From: Eledone cirrhosa | Taxonomy: Eukaryota | DNA: 64,000 nucleotides | Reading direction: 5' to 3' | Assembly: GCA_964016885.1 (NCBI GenBank) | Contig: OZ024755.1 | Span: 30,132,001-30,196,000, forward strand | Part shown: positions 26,801-36,231 of the stretch, piece by piece | Layout: the number at the start of each line of letters is the position of its first letter | Position numbering within the stretch: position 1 is the stretch's first letter | Notes under the pieces: generated by a model | Seen by the model: only the letters and a program-made list of their open reading frames with translations | The model's database searches: none | Told to the model about the DNA's origin: nothing | Made by a program: the position numbers and the translations under genes

Positions 26801-27868
26801 CGTTTGTGAGACGAACCTTTCCCAGACTCGTCTCACTCACCGAGCTGCAATCCTGGGTCAAGCAAAGACCGAGAAAACTGGGCGCCTGGCACACTGAGTG
26901 TGCCCAGGCGCTCACCGCCCTCTGGCAGGCGGATCCGGTTGTCAGTGGAGACTCCACCGCAACATTCTATAGAGGGCTGGTACGCAGCAGGTGCGACGAC
27001 GCCCTAGGAGAAGCCCTAGACATGGAGGAGGACGAACTGGCCAGCCTGTTCGGTAGGACATTCAGCCCGGGACCTATGGACAACTTCCAGAAGTCCCTGG
27101 CCTGGCAGTGCTACCGAGGGGCTTTACCCGTTCGAGAAAGGCTCTACAGACACGGGCGCCCGGGTAGGGACCCCGCCAAAAAGATCTGTCCCAGATGCGT
27201 GTGCGACGAGGAAACCGTTGCACACGCATTAGTACACTGCTCGGGCGTAGCCGATCTGTGGGGCTATGTCGAACAACTGCTGTCAAGGGTGGGACCGATC
27301 CGGTTGACCACCGAGTCTATTGTAATGATCAAGCCGCCTCCCCCCTTCAAAGATGAAGCAGAGGCGGTGTTTCTGTGCGTAATAGCCATGGCGAAAGAGG
27401 TTGTATGGTGGACGCGTCTGAAAGGACTGAGGTCGGGCACCTTTCTCTCTGGCCAACAACTGGTCCGTTTCTTCCGATATCATTTCGGAAGAAGGATCAG
27501 GATGGAGAGAGAGGTGCTGCACCCCAGCCGTTTCTATGAAAGATGGGTGAAAGTGGCGAGAATGGCCCGTGTGAATGGGCCTTCACTCTACATCAGACTA
27601 TAGGTGAGGAATATGAAAGACCAAGGGAGCACCCCTTCTCTGTGCTCCTGAGGAGAAGGGTTGCACACTTTTTTCGGGGGTGTGTGCGACCCCCCAAGGC
27701 GCCTCCTCTCTATTGAGGATTTTGTTAAAAAAAATTTTATTTTTTGTTATATCTTATTTTATTTTTATATTTTGTTATTGCCTCCTCCTTATTGAGGACG
27801 CCTTTTTGTGTAAACTCCCCCCTTTGTACTTGTCCCACTTTTGATGCCCTAGTGGCAAATAAAAGAAA
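23817..27868 (+). mobile_element. Tx1/L1-clade LINE, 5'-truncated within ORF1, ORF2 intact
   Basis: ORF1 tail (probable stop TAA 24139-24141), ORF2, then 3'UTR ending GTGGCAAATAAAAGAA; (TC)/(TCTA) repeats on both flanks. Confidence 0.92.
24166..27603 (+). CDS. LINE ORF2: APE endonuclease + reverse transcriptase + CCHC zinc knuckle (1145 aa from ATG 24166)
   Basis: APE: LNARG, ICE, AYGP, GDWN, YLDRF, SDH. RT: KSPGLDG, FRPITLLN, DQSKAFDRV, RQGCPLS, YADD. Knuckle: CPRC..ETVAHALVHC. Confidence 0.95.
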   Translation: MAMLRVGCLNARGLGSTWKQAMLLNDLRSQRIDVMVICEARISNVRQLSPTFDDFEMHASLCQPGGGGGVVVLLQKHLGLATQMVHLDPEGRLVVLDLGSGKGGAFRLVAAYGPFGSMRPDFFHRLETFLGTSRSLLLVGDWNGILDARWDYVGACPDREGCNSLKGLIGRFDLADRYRLDFPTAPTWTWANRSGSSRSYLDRFLVRIKDKDFLSCPKMRMVGYSDHKLVTCMVNLDRTHRQGPGYWKLNLSLPASRAYRNRISTLVKERLTGAIVNSRWWVSLKREIRVVSIEFSKVLAADRNRKERELIDRVEEAIRSGDVARVLASRTALSQFFDAKHEGCVVRSKIRALGNEGTKSVSWARVTEANSGTKSTIRSLRDLDGRAILEPKQMCEAFQRHFARLFGRGGEPVGNVDFGPYLDGLPRLSDREAKSCEEPISAAEIEDVLSQCGKRKSPGLDGLPYELYLAMPDLFPDLLEAVYCNWQQNGRIPCTVTKGVVTLVRKDENKGDEISNFRPITLLNTELQILAKVLAKRLALVVGNLVGDAQTCAIPSRSIHDNLHLMRYIIERVGNEPGFGGALINLDQSKAFDRVDHGYLDAVLAAAGFGPVFRGWITAMHSSRICSRVKVNGYLSEPFKIARSIRQGCPLSSLLYVLTLEPLLRKLELLQGIPLEPGLRKAVSAYADDVTVMVSTASEIEAVGTLLEEYEKFTGAKLNRDKSIGLQLGTWRGRPMPSDSVVGRWTEGPVKLLGVWFGLDLQVEKNWAEVTNRVFALTQKWASCKLSLKGRAEVANTYIASVIYYRLTVVPCPRETLTKMERALFQFLWKRRAPMVRRSICCQHPSKGGLGMPWLMMRKHALRLRHLYVFLTGQPVWASFVRRTFPRLVSLTELQSWVKQRPRKLGAWHTECAQALTALWQADPVVSGDSTATFYRGLVRSRCDDALGEALDMEEDELASLFGRTFSPGPMDNFQKSLAWQCYRGALPVRERLYRHGRPGRDPAKKICPRCVCDEETVAHALVHCSGVADLWGYVEQLLSRVGPIRLTTESIVMIKPPPPFKDEAEAVFLCVIAMAKEVVWWTRLKGLRSGTFLSGQQLVRFFRYHFGRRIRMEREVLHPSRFYERWVKVARMARVNGPSLYIRL

Positions 27869-28070
27869 TATATCTATTTCTATCTCTTTCTCCCTCTCTC
27901 TCTCTATCTATCTATCTATCTTCTCTCTCTATCTCTCTCTCTATATATTTATATATATATATATATCTCTCTCTCTCTATCTATCTATCTGTATCTCTAT
28001 CTCGCTCTCTCTATCTGTGTGCCTAACTATCTGTCTGCCTGTCTATCTGCCTACCCATCTATATATCTGC

Positions 28071-30316
28071 TATAGGCATGCCAGACTTGTTCTCTGGCGT
28101 CCTCGAAGTAGTCTACTGCAACTGGCAGCAGAACGGGAGGATTCCCAGTTCTGTAGGCAGAGGCGTAGTAACGCTGATCAGGAAAGATGAGAGCAAGGGG
28201 GATGAGATAAGCAATGTCAAGCCCATAACTCTGCTCAACACAGAGTTAAAGATTTTGGCCAAGGTGTTAGCAGCGAGGCTGGCGCTTATCGTCGAGAACT
28301 TGGTAAGGGAAGCGCAAACGTGTGCAATCCCGACCAGGTCCATATACGACAACCTCCACCTCATGCGATACATCATAGAAAGGGTAGGGTGTAAACCTGG
28401 CCTCGGTGGGGTTCTGATCAATTTAGATCAGTCTAAGGCATTTGATAGGGTCGACCATCAATACTTGGAAGCGGGGCCGGCTTCGGTCCCGTCTTCAGAG
28501 GCTGGATCGCTACCATGCACACCAGCATCTGCTCGGCAGTCAAGGTGAATGGCTACCTATCGGAGCCATTCGAAATCATGCGTTCTATCCGCCAGGGATG
28601 TCCCCCTCTCCCCCTTTCTGTATGTACTGACTCTCAAGCCATTACTGCTGAAGTTGGAGCTATTGCAGGGCATCCCGATCGAACCAGGACTGCGGAAAGC
28701 AGCGTCAGCCTATGTCGACGACATAACCATAATGGTGTCGAAAACCTCGGACATTGGGGTAATCGGCAACCTATTACAGGAATACGAAACGTTGACAGGA
28801 GCAAGACCAAACCCAAACAAGTGTGTCGGTTTGCAACTCGGCACATGGAGAGGCAAACCAATGCCTTCCGACAGTGTCGTTGGACGCTGGAGGGAAGAAA
28901 CGGTGAAATTGCTCGGGGTCTGGTTTGGTCCAGACCTCCAGGTGGACAAGGACAGGAACGAGGTCACGGCGAAAGTGTTGCACTCACCCAGCAGTGGGAT
29001 GAGTGCAAACTCTCCTTGAAAGGTCGAGCGGAGGTGGCGAACACTTACATAGCGTCCTCATCTACTACCGCTTGACAGTCGTGCCTTGTTCCCGCGAATA
29101 CCTCACCAAAATGGAATGCCTACTCTTCAAGTTCCTCTGGAAGAAACAGTCGCCATTGGTGAGGAGATCCACCTGCTGTCAACACCCTTCTAACGGAGGG
29201 CTGGGCATGCCGTGGCTGATGATGCACAAACACGCGCTGAGGCTACGCCCTCTCCAGGTATTCCTGACCGGCGAACCGGTGTGGCTGTCGTTTGTGAGAC
29301 GAGCTCTTCCACAATTCGTCTCACTAACAGAGCTGCAGTCCTGGGTCAAGCGGAGACCGAAAATGGGCGCCTGGCACCTCGAGTACCTTCAGGGGCACAC
29401 AGCCCTCTACCAAGCGTAAACGGCAATCAGCGGAGACTCCACTTCGACATTCTATATCGGATTATCGGGGAAAATATAGGCATCGAGGAATACGAACTGA
29501 CCAGTCTGTTCGGGAGGACTTTTCGTCCAGGGCCTATGGATAACTTCGAGGGGTCTCTGGCCTGGCAGTGCTACCGAGGAGCTCTACCAGTTCGAGACAA
29601 AATCTACAGGCACGGACGCCCTGGTAGAGATCCTGCCAAAAGGACCTGTCCAAGATGCGAGGAGGACATCGAAACCGTTCTGCACGCAATTGTTCAGTGC
29701 CCAGGGGTGACCGACCTGTGGAATTATGTCGAACAGCTGCTGTCACATGTGGGACGCATCCAGTTGTCAGCCGAGTCCATTGTGAGGATCACCCCGCCGC
29801 CTTCATTTAAGAACGAAGGAGAGGCGGTTTTCCTCTGTCTGGTGGCTATGGCGAAAGAGGTAATATGGTGGACGAGGTTAAAAGGACTGAGGGCAAACAC
29901 CTTTATCTCCGGACAACAACTTATCCCCTTCTTTAAGTATCACTTCAGAAGGAAGGTGAGAGTGGAGAGAGAGGTGCTACACCCCAGTAAATTCGCTGAA
30001 AGGTGGGTGAACGTGGCAAAAATGGCCCGAGTGAATGGGCCTTCTCTGTATACAAACCTGTAGGTTGAGGAAGATAAACAGATGGAAGACAGGAACACCT
30101 ACAAAACGTGTTCCTGGTGTTGGGGGTTGTTCTATCCACGGGGTGTAAAACAACCCTGCAGTAACGTTCCCCCCCCCCTACTGGGGATTTCAATTGTTAT
30201 TTTATTATATATAGTTTATTGTTATTTATTAATGTTAAAGTTATTTTATGTAAAACCCCCGCCGTCACGTCTTGTAATGTCCCATTTTTGTACGCCCCTG
30301 TGGCAAATAAAGAAAG
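28071..30316 (+). mobile_element. Second, diverged Tx1/L1 LINE copy, 5'-truncated and frameshifted
   Basis: ORFs 28078, 28549, 29003 and 29212 are successive frames of ORF2 (YVDD); 3' end TGGCAAATAAAGAAA. Confidence 0.9.
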
Positions 30317-30330
30317 ATATCTATCTATAT

Positions 30331-30745
30331 AACTTAATAGCACCACTTGGAGAAGTGTTTCAGGATCTGGACGCCATGGCACACTCAAGTAGAGAGTTAT
30401 TGTTTACGGAGACATGTCCGAGTGTAGGGGGTTTATCCGGGATTTCTTGGAGGAATTTGTCCAAAGACATTTTGAATTTTATGGGATCTGTTTCTGTTTT
30501 AATGTCTTTTGGTGTAATGTTAAAGAGAGCGGGACCAGTTGAGGTGAAATAATTGCGCCGTATTGTTGTCATGAGATGCGAGTTTGATTTTTGTGGTGAG
30601 TGGATAGCACGGGACCCAAAGCTTAGGTTTAGTTTAAAGATGATGCAAACATCATTTGGGCAATGCTGATGGAATATTTTCCACATCATGCAAATGATGT
30701 AGCACTCACGGCGACGTTGGAGAGAATAAAGTCCGAGCTGAAGAC
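30331..30745 (-). mobile_element. CR1-like LINE 3' fragment
   Basis: LGLYSLQRRRECYIICMMWKI..FTSTGPALFNITP..FKMSLDKFL, a CR1-type C-terminus. Confidence 0.75.
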
Positions 30746-31091
30746 GACCAAAAGTAGAAACAACAATATGCCATGCGAAGAGCGTCTCTGAATTTTGTGC
30801 AAGATTCTTTCATGATCGCAGTAGCAGCGGCAGTGATAGTCTCAATTGAAGTGATGCAAGTGTTAGATTTTGCTACTAGTGGTAGTAATGGTTGTGGTTG
30901 TTACATGATTTGCAGTAAGGATGGTAGTGGTGGTGGTGGTTTTCGCGTTGAGTGGAACAAAGCTATGGCAACTATGACATCCCTGATTGATGTGGTGGCG
31001 GAAGTTTCGTTATGTTTATTATAGGTGGCTACATTGCATTCAATAATAGAGGTCGATATTAATCGCAGCAACAGCAGCTTCTGTGGGCAAA

Positions 31092-31129
<38 letters not shown>

Positions 31130-31130
31130 T

Positions 31131-31162
<32 letters not shown>

Positions 31163-31297
31163 ACCGTCGTTACTCTCTTCATTTTCTTCTTCTGCTGCTG
31201 CTGCTTGTCGCAATGATGAAAGTAATATTGCCAAAGATGTCTCTCTATTCATTTTGATTTCATCAATTATATTTTTTCTTATACAGAAACAGACAAT

Positions 31298-31367
31298 ATG
31301 AAAACTTTAATTGTAATTTTCCTGGCAATGTTCATTTCTTATACCTTCGCTAATGAAGACACTAAAA
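31298..31367 (+). CDS. Coding exon 1 of small secreted/GPI mucin-like protein (signal peptide MKTLIVIFLAMFISYTFA|NEDTK)
   Basis: Acceptor TTTTTTCTTATACAG ends at 31286; ATG 31298; phase-1 donor A|GTAAGT at 31368. Confidence 0.75.
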
Positions 31368-31421
31368 GTAAGTAAAACCCCTTTACATAATCTTTAACAA
31401 CTTTTCTCCATAATTAATTCT

Positions 31422-31453
<32 letters not shown>

Positions 31454-31547
31454 CAGAGAGATGTCAACATGATTGGACCTGATATTTTTATCTAAAGACA
31501 TTTTTTTCCAATCCCCCCCCCCCCCATCTATCTTATTTCTCATTCTT

Positions 31548-31584
31548 TCTTCTGATGAAGGACTAGCGTCCGAAACGTTAAGAC
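31548..31584 (+). ncRNA. Minimal type I hammerhead ribozyme (intronic, sense)
   Basis: TCTT-CTGATGA(31552)-A-GGAC-TAGC-GTCC-GAAA-CGTTA-AGA; core identical to the 6542 copy; part of short element ~31526-31670. Confidence 0.8.
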
Positions 31585-31668
31585 ACTCTTTCTACTATAT
31601 CAAGTGTTAACCTAATATATCCCTTCCATATACTGTACCGATTGTGTTGTTATTTCTGTTTACCTTTT

Positions 31669-31766
<98 letters not shown>

Positions 31767-31811
31767 ATTAAAACCCCTTTACATAATCTTTAACTTGTCT
31801 CCATAATTAAT

Positions 31812-31863
<52 letters not shown>

Positions 31864-33090
31864 TTGCATGAACTGGATGAGTCTTCTATATTGATTTTCT
31901 CCTCTTGTAACGTTCCTTCATCATCTCTAGCGAGTTTCCTTCTTTCATTTCTTTCTAAACATCATAGATCCTCTGTACCCAATGTCCATAAACCATTAAC
32001 ATGTAACATTGTACTGTGTGTGCACCCATTCTATAATCCACTATTCCGTCGAAGGCTGCAGAGGTAATTTCTCCACACTGTTTTTATTCAGTCTGCTATA
32101 CATTCGGATTACCCTTTGCCATTACTAGTTTGTTCCCCTGGATAAAAGAATCTTTTACATACTTCTATGGAGCTTAACTTGGATTGAAAAAACATCTTTT
32201 ACTGGCGATCTATTAAGTAATGAACTATACCTGTTCATCTGCCACATACAACATTTCGTTTCTGTTAGTTTGGCAAGAGTTGATGTGGGATCACATGCAA
32301 ATAAAGTTCCCCATGTTCCCATGAGCCCATTGAGTTGAGTGTTTAACTTGTCCTTTTCTATAAACTGAGCATGCACATTCCTCTAATCACAGCATGGTCC
32401 TGACATCTTTCTTACTTTGGTATTTAATATGTTTACTGTAAGATCTTTCAAAGTTTTGTTTCCATATCTGGAATTTCTTCACTAAATCACCCACAGATTC
32501 GGCTATAAGTACTAAGTGATCAACAGAAATTCCAAGGGAGAGCCGGTCTTAAACTCCTCTGTAAATGGCATGGAGAACTAATCGAGTCTTGATGAACATT
32601 AAACCCATACATAAATTCCTCTCTAAACTCATTGCCTACACTCTCTTTGCTAACTACACCTTTGTACAAAATACTTAGCTATGCCTAATTTACTTAAACA
32701 TCACTAGATCAGTCAGTTTAATGGCTTTTGAAGCTGCCACCTCTAGAACATCACATCTTATCCCGTAGGTTTATAATTATACTGCTATAACAGTCACTTT
32801 ATATGACACCAATATGTATTATTTGGTTGATTATGCTCAACCTCTATCAGATATTTTCAGTATTTTCATGCATTTGATGGTTTAATTGACCATATAACTG
32901 TTACATTTGACAGCAACTGCTTGTGTTGTGTCAACTGGGGTTAGTCCCCCTTCCTTCCAGTCATTCCCCACATTCAGTAACTTCTTATAGTAACATGTCC
33001 AAGCCTCTTCCTTCTGAGCCTTGATTTGGTTAAGTGTTCCAGTGATTTTTCCAACACACCTTTCTCCATCTTCTTGACCCACACTGAAAC
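31864..33090 (-). mobile_element. Highly decayed RTE-like LINE RT remnant
   Basis: Minus-strand fragments such as LVLIAESVGDLVKKFQIWK and AQKEEAWTCYYKKLLNV; many stops. Confidence 0.5.
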
Positions 33091-34175
33091 ATGGCTTATA
33101 GGCTTATAATGTATCCATCTATGGATACTTAACTCCTGATCGAACTATGGTTAATTCTAGAGAGAGAGGGGTGGGTGGACCGAGGAAGAAAGGACTCCTA
33201 CACTGGACTGGTATTTAATTTCCTGACATCGAAATGATGAAGGGCAAAATTAACCTTAGAGTTCAGGGAATAAATATATATAATATAATATAATATAATA
33301 TATAATATAATATAATATAATATATAACATAATATAATATATAATATAATTGTTTATACTATTGGCACAAGGCCAGCAATTACCCAGTACATTACTGGTA
33401 CTTTATTTTATCGACCCCGTAAGGATGAAAGGCAAAGTTAACCTCGGTGGGATTTGAACTCAGATCGCAAAGGGACGTAACTATGCTGGAAAGCATGGCG
33501 TCTGACCCTCTCTTGATACTGCCAATCCACCACCCTTTGCATATCATAATATTAGTAATTCGTGATTAAGATAGTTTAGAGCAAAAATAGAGAACACCTT
33601 AATTAGAGTCCATATCCATTTTTCAGTCATAGTAAAAAAGTACACCATAGTAAAAAGTACTCCAGCCGTAGACATCCTATAAGTTTTATAGACATATAAA
33701 ACTATATTATATAATGTACTCTTTCTTTATTTTTGACGGTAAAATGCACTGAGGAAAAAAATGGATGCTTTCTCAAGCAACTCGATCGTCCCGTTAATGG
33801 TTGCCTCCTTGGATCGATGATTTAAATCTGTACTCAAGCAGTAATATGTTAAATTCTTTCCATTTAAAGTAATATTTGATTAAATATTCCATTTCTATTT
33901 CTAATAATGATTTCTTGTATAGGCACAAGGCCAGCAATTTGGTGGGAGGGGAAAGTAGATTAAACCTACCCCAGTACGTTACTGGTACTTTATTTTATCG
34001 ACCTCGTAGTGATGAAAGGCAAAGTTAACCTCGGCGCGATTTGAACTCAGACTGTAAATGACCGTAACTCTATGCTGCAAAGCATGGTGTCCGACTCTCT
34101 ACCGACACTGCCACTCCACCGCCCTTTTCCTATTTCTAAGTGACAACAGTATCTTTTATTTCTGTAATTTCACAG

Positions 34176-34288
34176 CATCAACTTTGACTTCAACTTCAAA
34201 TTCAACGGACGACGCATCTACAAGCACTGTCGCGGTGTCAACTACTTCATTACCCCCCTCTACTACTAGTGGTGGTTCAAGATATTTG
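34176..34288 (+). CDS. Coding exon 2 of small mucin-like protein (Ser/Thr-rich)
   Basis: Acceptor TTTATTTCTGTAATTTCACAG; phase 1 matches exon 1; (T)STLTSTSNSTDDASTSTVAVSTTSLPPSTTSGGSRYL; phase-0 donor TTG|GTAAGT at 34289. Confidence 0.75.
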
Positions 34289-35755
34289 GTAAGTTTGTAT
34301 CTATATAACTAACTCATATCATAATGTATTAAAGGGAGGAGTGCGGGACTGTGTCTTTTATCCCATTTGTAAAATAATTTGGATTACTTTGAATAAATAA
34401 TTGTTTCTACGTTTGGCACAAGACCAGCAATTACCCAGTGCATTACTGGTACTTTATTTTATCGACCCCGTAAGGATGAAAAGCAAAGTTAACCTCGGCG
34501 GGATTTGAATAAATAATGAATGAATATTACAAAATTTATCTACTAAATTTCGTAGATCTTGATTAAATATAAATAATTTTATTTCTTATTTCAAGATTCA
34601 CTTCTTTAAAATTTTCAAATGTCAACACTTCCGGTTAGCGCCCGTTATATCATAACACTTATTACATCGCTTATGTAAACGTTCATATATTTGCATCGTT
34701 ATATAAGGTTTATATTTCCGTCGCTAGTTTTCTACTAATGCAGTTTATATATAACATCGTCTTTTTTTAATTTATCATGGATTACTTTACTGATTACAGA
34801 AGAAAGTGTAACACAGTCTCTCTTCAATTTCTGTGCATATTGTCAATTACGATTTTATTTGACGTATCATATACATATGCATATATACTTGCGTATAATA
34901 TCAATATGCACACTACACATGCTAGCAGAAAACCACCCTTCACTTGATTTGTGCTCAAAATCCTGAGAAATCAAATGAGTCTGTAATTTAAACATTGTAT
35001 AGGTAATTTCAGTAATTTCAGTAAATTTAAACATTGTATAGGTAAATACACAATTGTATAGGTAATTTCAGATTTTCAAATCACCATGTTACCTCTATGT
35101 GAGACACTTTCATGTGTGTATCTTACTTTATGTAAGCAATAGCAGATTAAACGATTTGCTTAATCAATGGAAAGTGTAAACGAGTCGCGTTTATGATTTT
35201 TTCATACAGAGATCTGCACTGTCTAAATCTTAAAGATAGTTGTTTCTACTTTAGGCACAAGGCCAGGTATAAATCTTAAAGATAATAATAGTTGAAAATA
35301 TATGAAATATTATACTTGTGCGTAAGACTTAGTGCATATGACATCATAAATGAAGACGAAAATGTTTTCAAATAGAAATAATGAACATCCTAGCAAAACA
35401 TATTTATTTTTTTAACGTTTTAGCTATATATTAATAAGATTGATTAAAAATATAAACAAAATTTTAAAAGATATTTGAGGTAGTCCAAATCAAATATTGA
35501 AAGACGTTCTATTCCATGATCATCCATTCAACTGAGCCAAGTGCCCAAATGTTGACGAGAATTAATTATTTGGACAAATATTGTAGATAATTCCAAACCT
35601 ATTTTAGTGTTATAATCTCCTCAATAGAGTATACCATACACCAAGTTACTACAACTAGACTATATGTATTATAGTATAAATTATTATATTATTCATTTAA
35701 TTATATATTGTACAGCCGATGCTCATAAATGTTTTTTGTTTTCTTTCTTTTGCAG

Positions 35756-35815
35756 ATTACACCACCAATCATGATTGTGGCGGGAACTTTTACTCTAATG
35801 CATCGATTTTTGTGA
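35756..35815 (+). CDS. Coding exon 3 (hydrophobic C-terminal, putative GPI signal) ITPPIMIVAGTFTLMHRFL*
   Basis: Strong acceptor TTTTTTGTTTTCTTTCTTTTGCAG; phase 0; TGA at 35813-35815. Confidence 0.7.
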   Translation: MTPPIMIVAGTFTLMHRFL

Positions 35816-35901
35816 AAACATTTAACTCAATCATTTATCATATAAAATAATTTTTAATAGGTTTATAAAACATAATTACGTAATTATATATACGCACACA
35901 C

Positions 35902-35939
<38 letters not shown>

Positions 35940-36003
35940 AGCATATTATAAATGTACACATGTAAGTATGTTTTTGAAACGGTGTGCTAGTTTGAAATTA
36001 GAA

Positions 36004-36231
36004 ATTAGAAATTAGAAATTATAAGCTTTCACCGTATTTTAGACTAAAGAAATTTCTAGCCTGATAGTGGGGTTTATAACCCTCGGAGAAATGGAAAAAA
36101 GATGAGTGTTGCCGTACATGGGAGCAACACTCATCTTTTTCCATTTCTCCGAGGGTTATAAACCCCACTATCAGGCTAGAAATTTCTTTAGTCTAAAATA
36201 CGGTGAAAGCTTACAATTTCTAATTTCTAAT
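36004..36231. repeat. Near-perfect ~108-bp inverted repeat with 11-nt loop
   Basis: Arms 36004-36112 and 36124-36231; followed by (TA)n. Confidence 0.9.
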
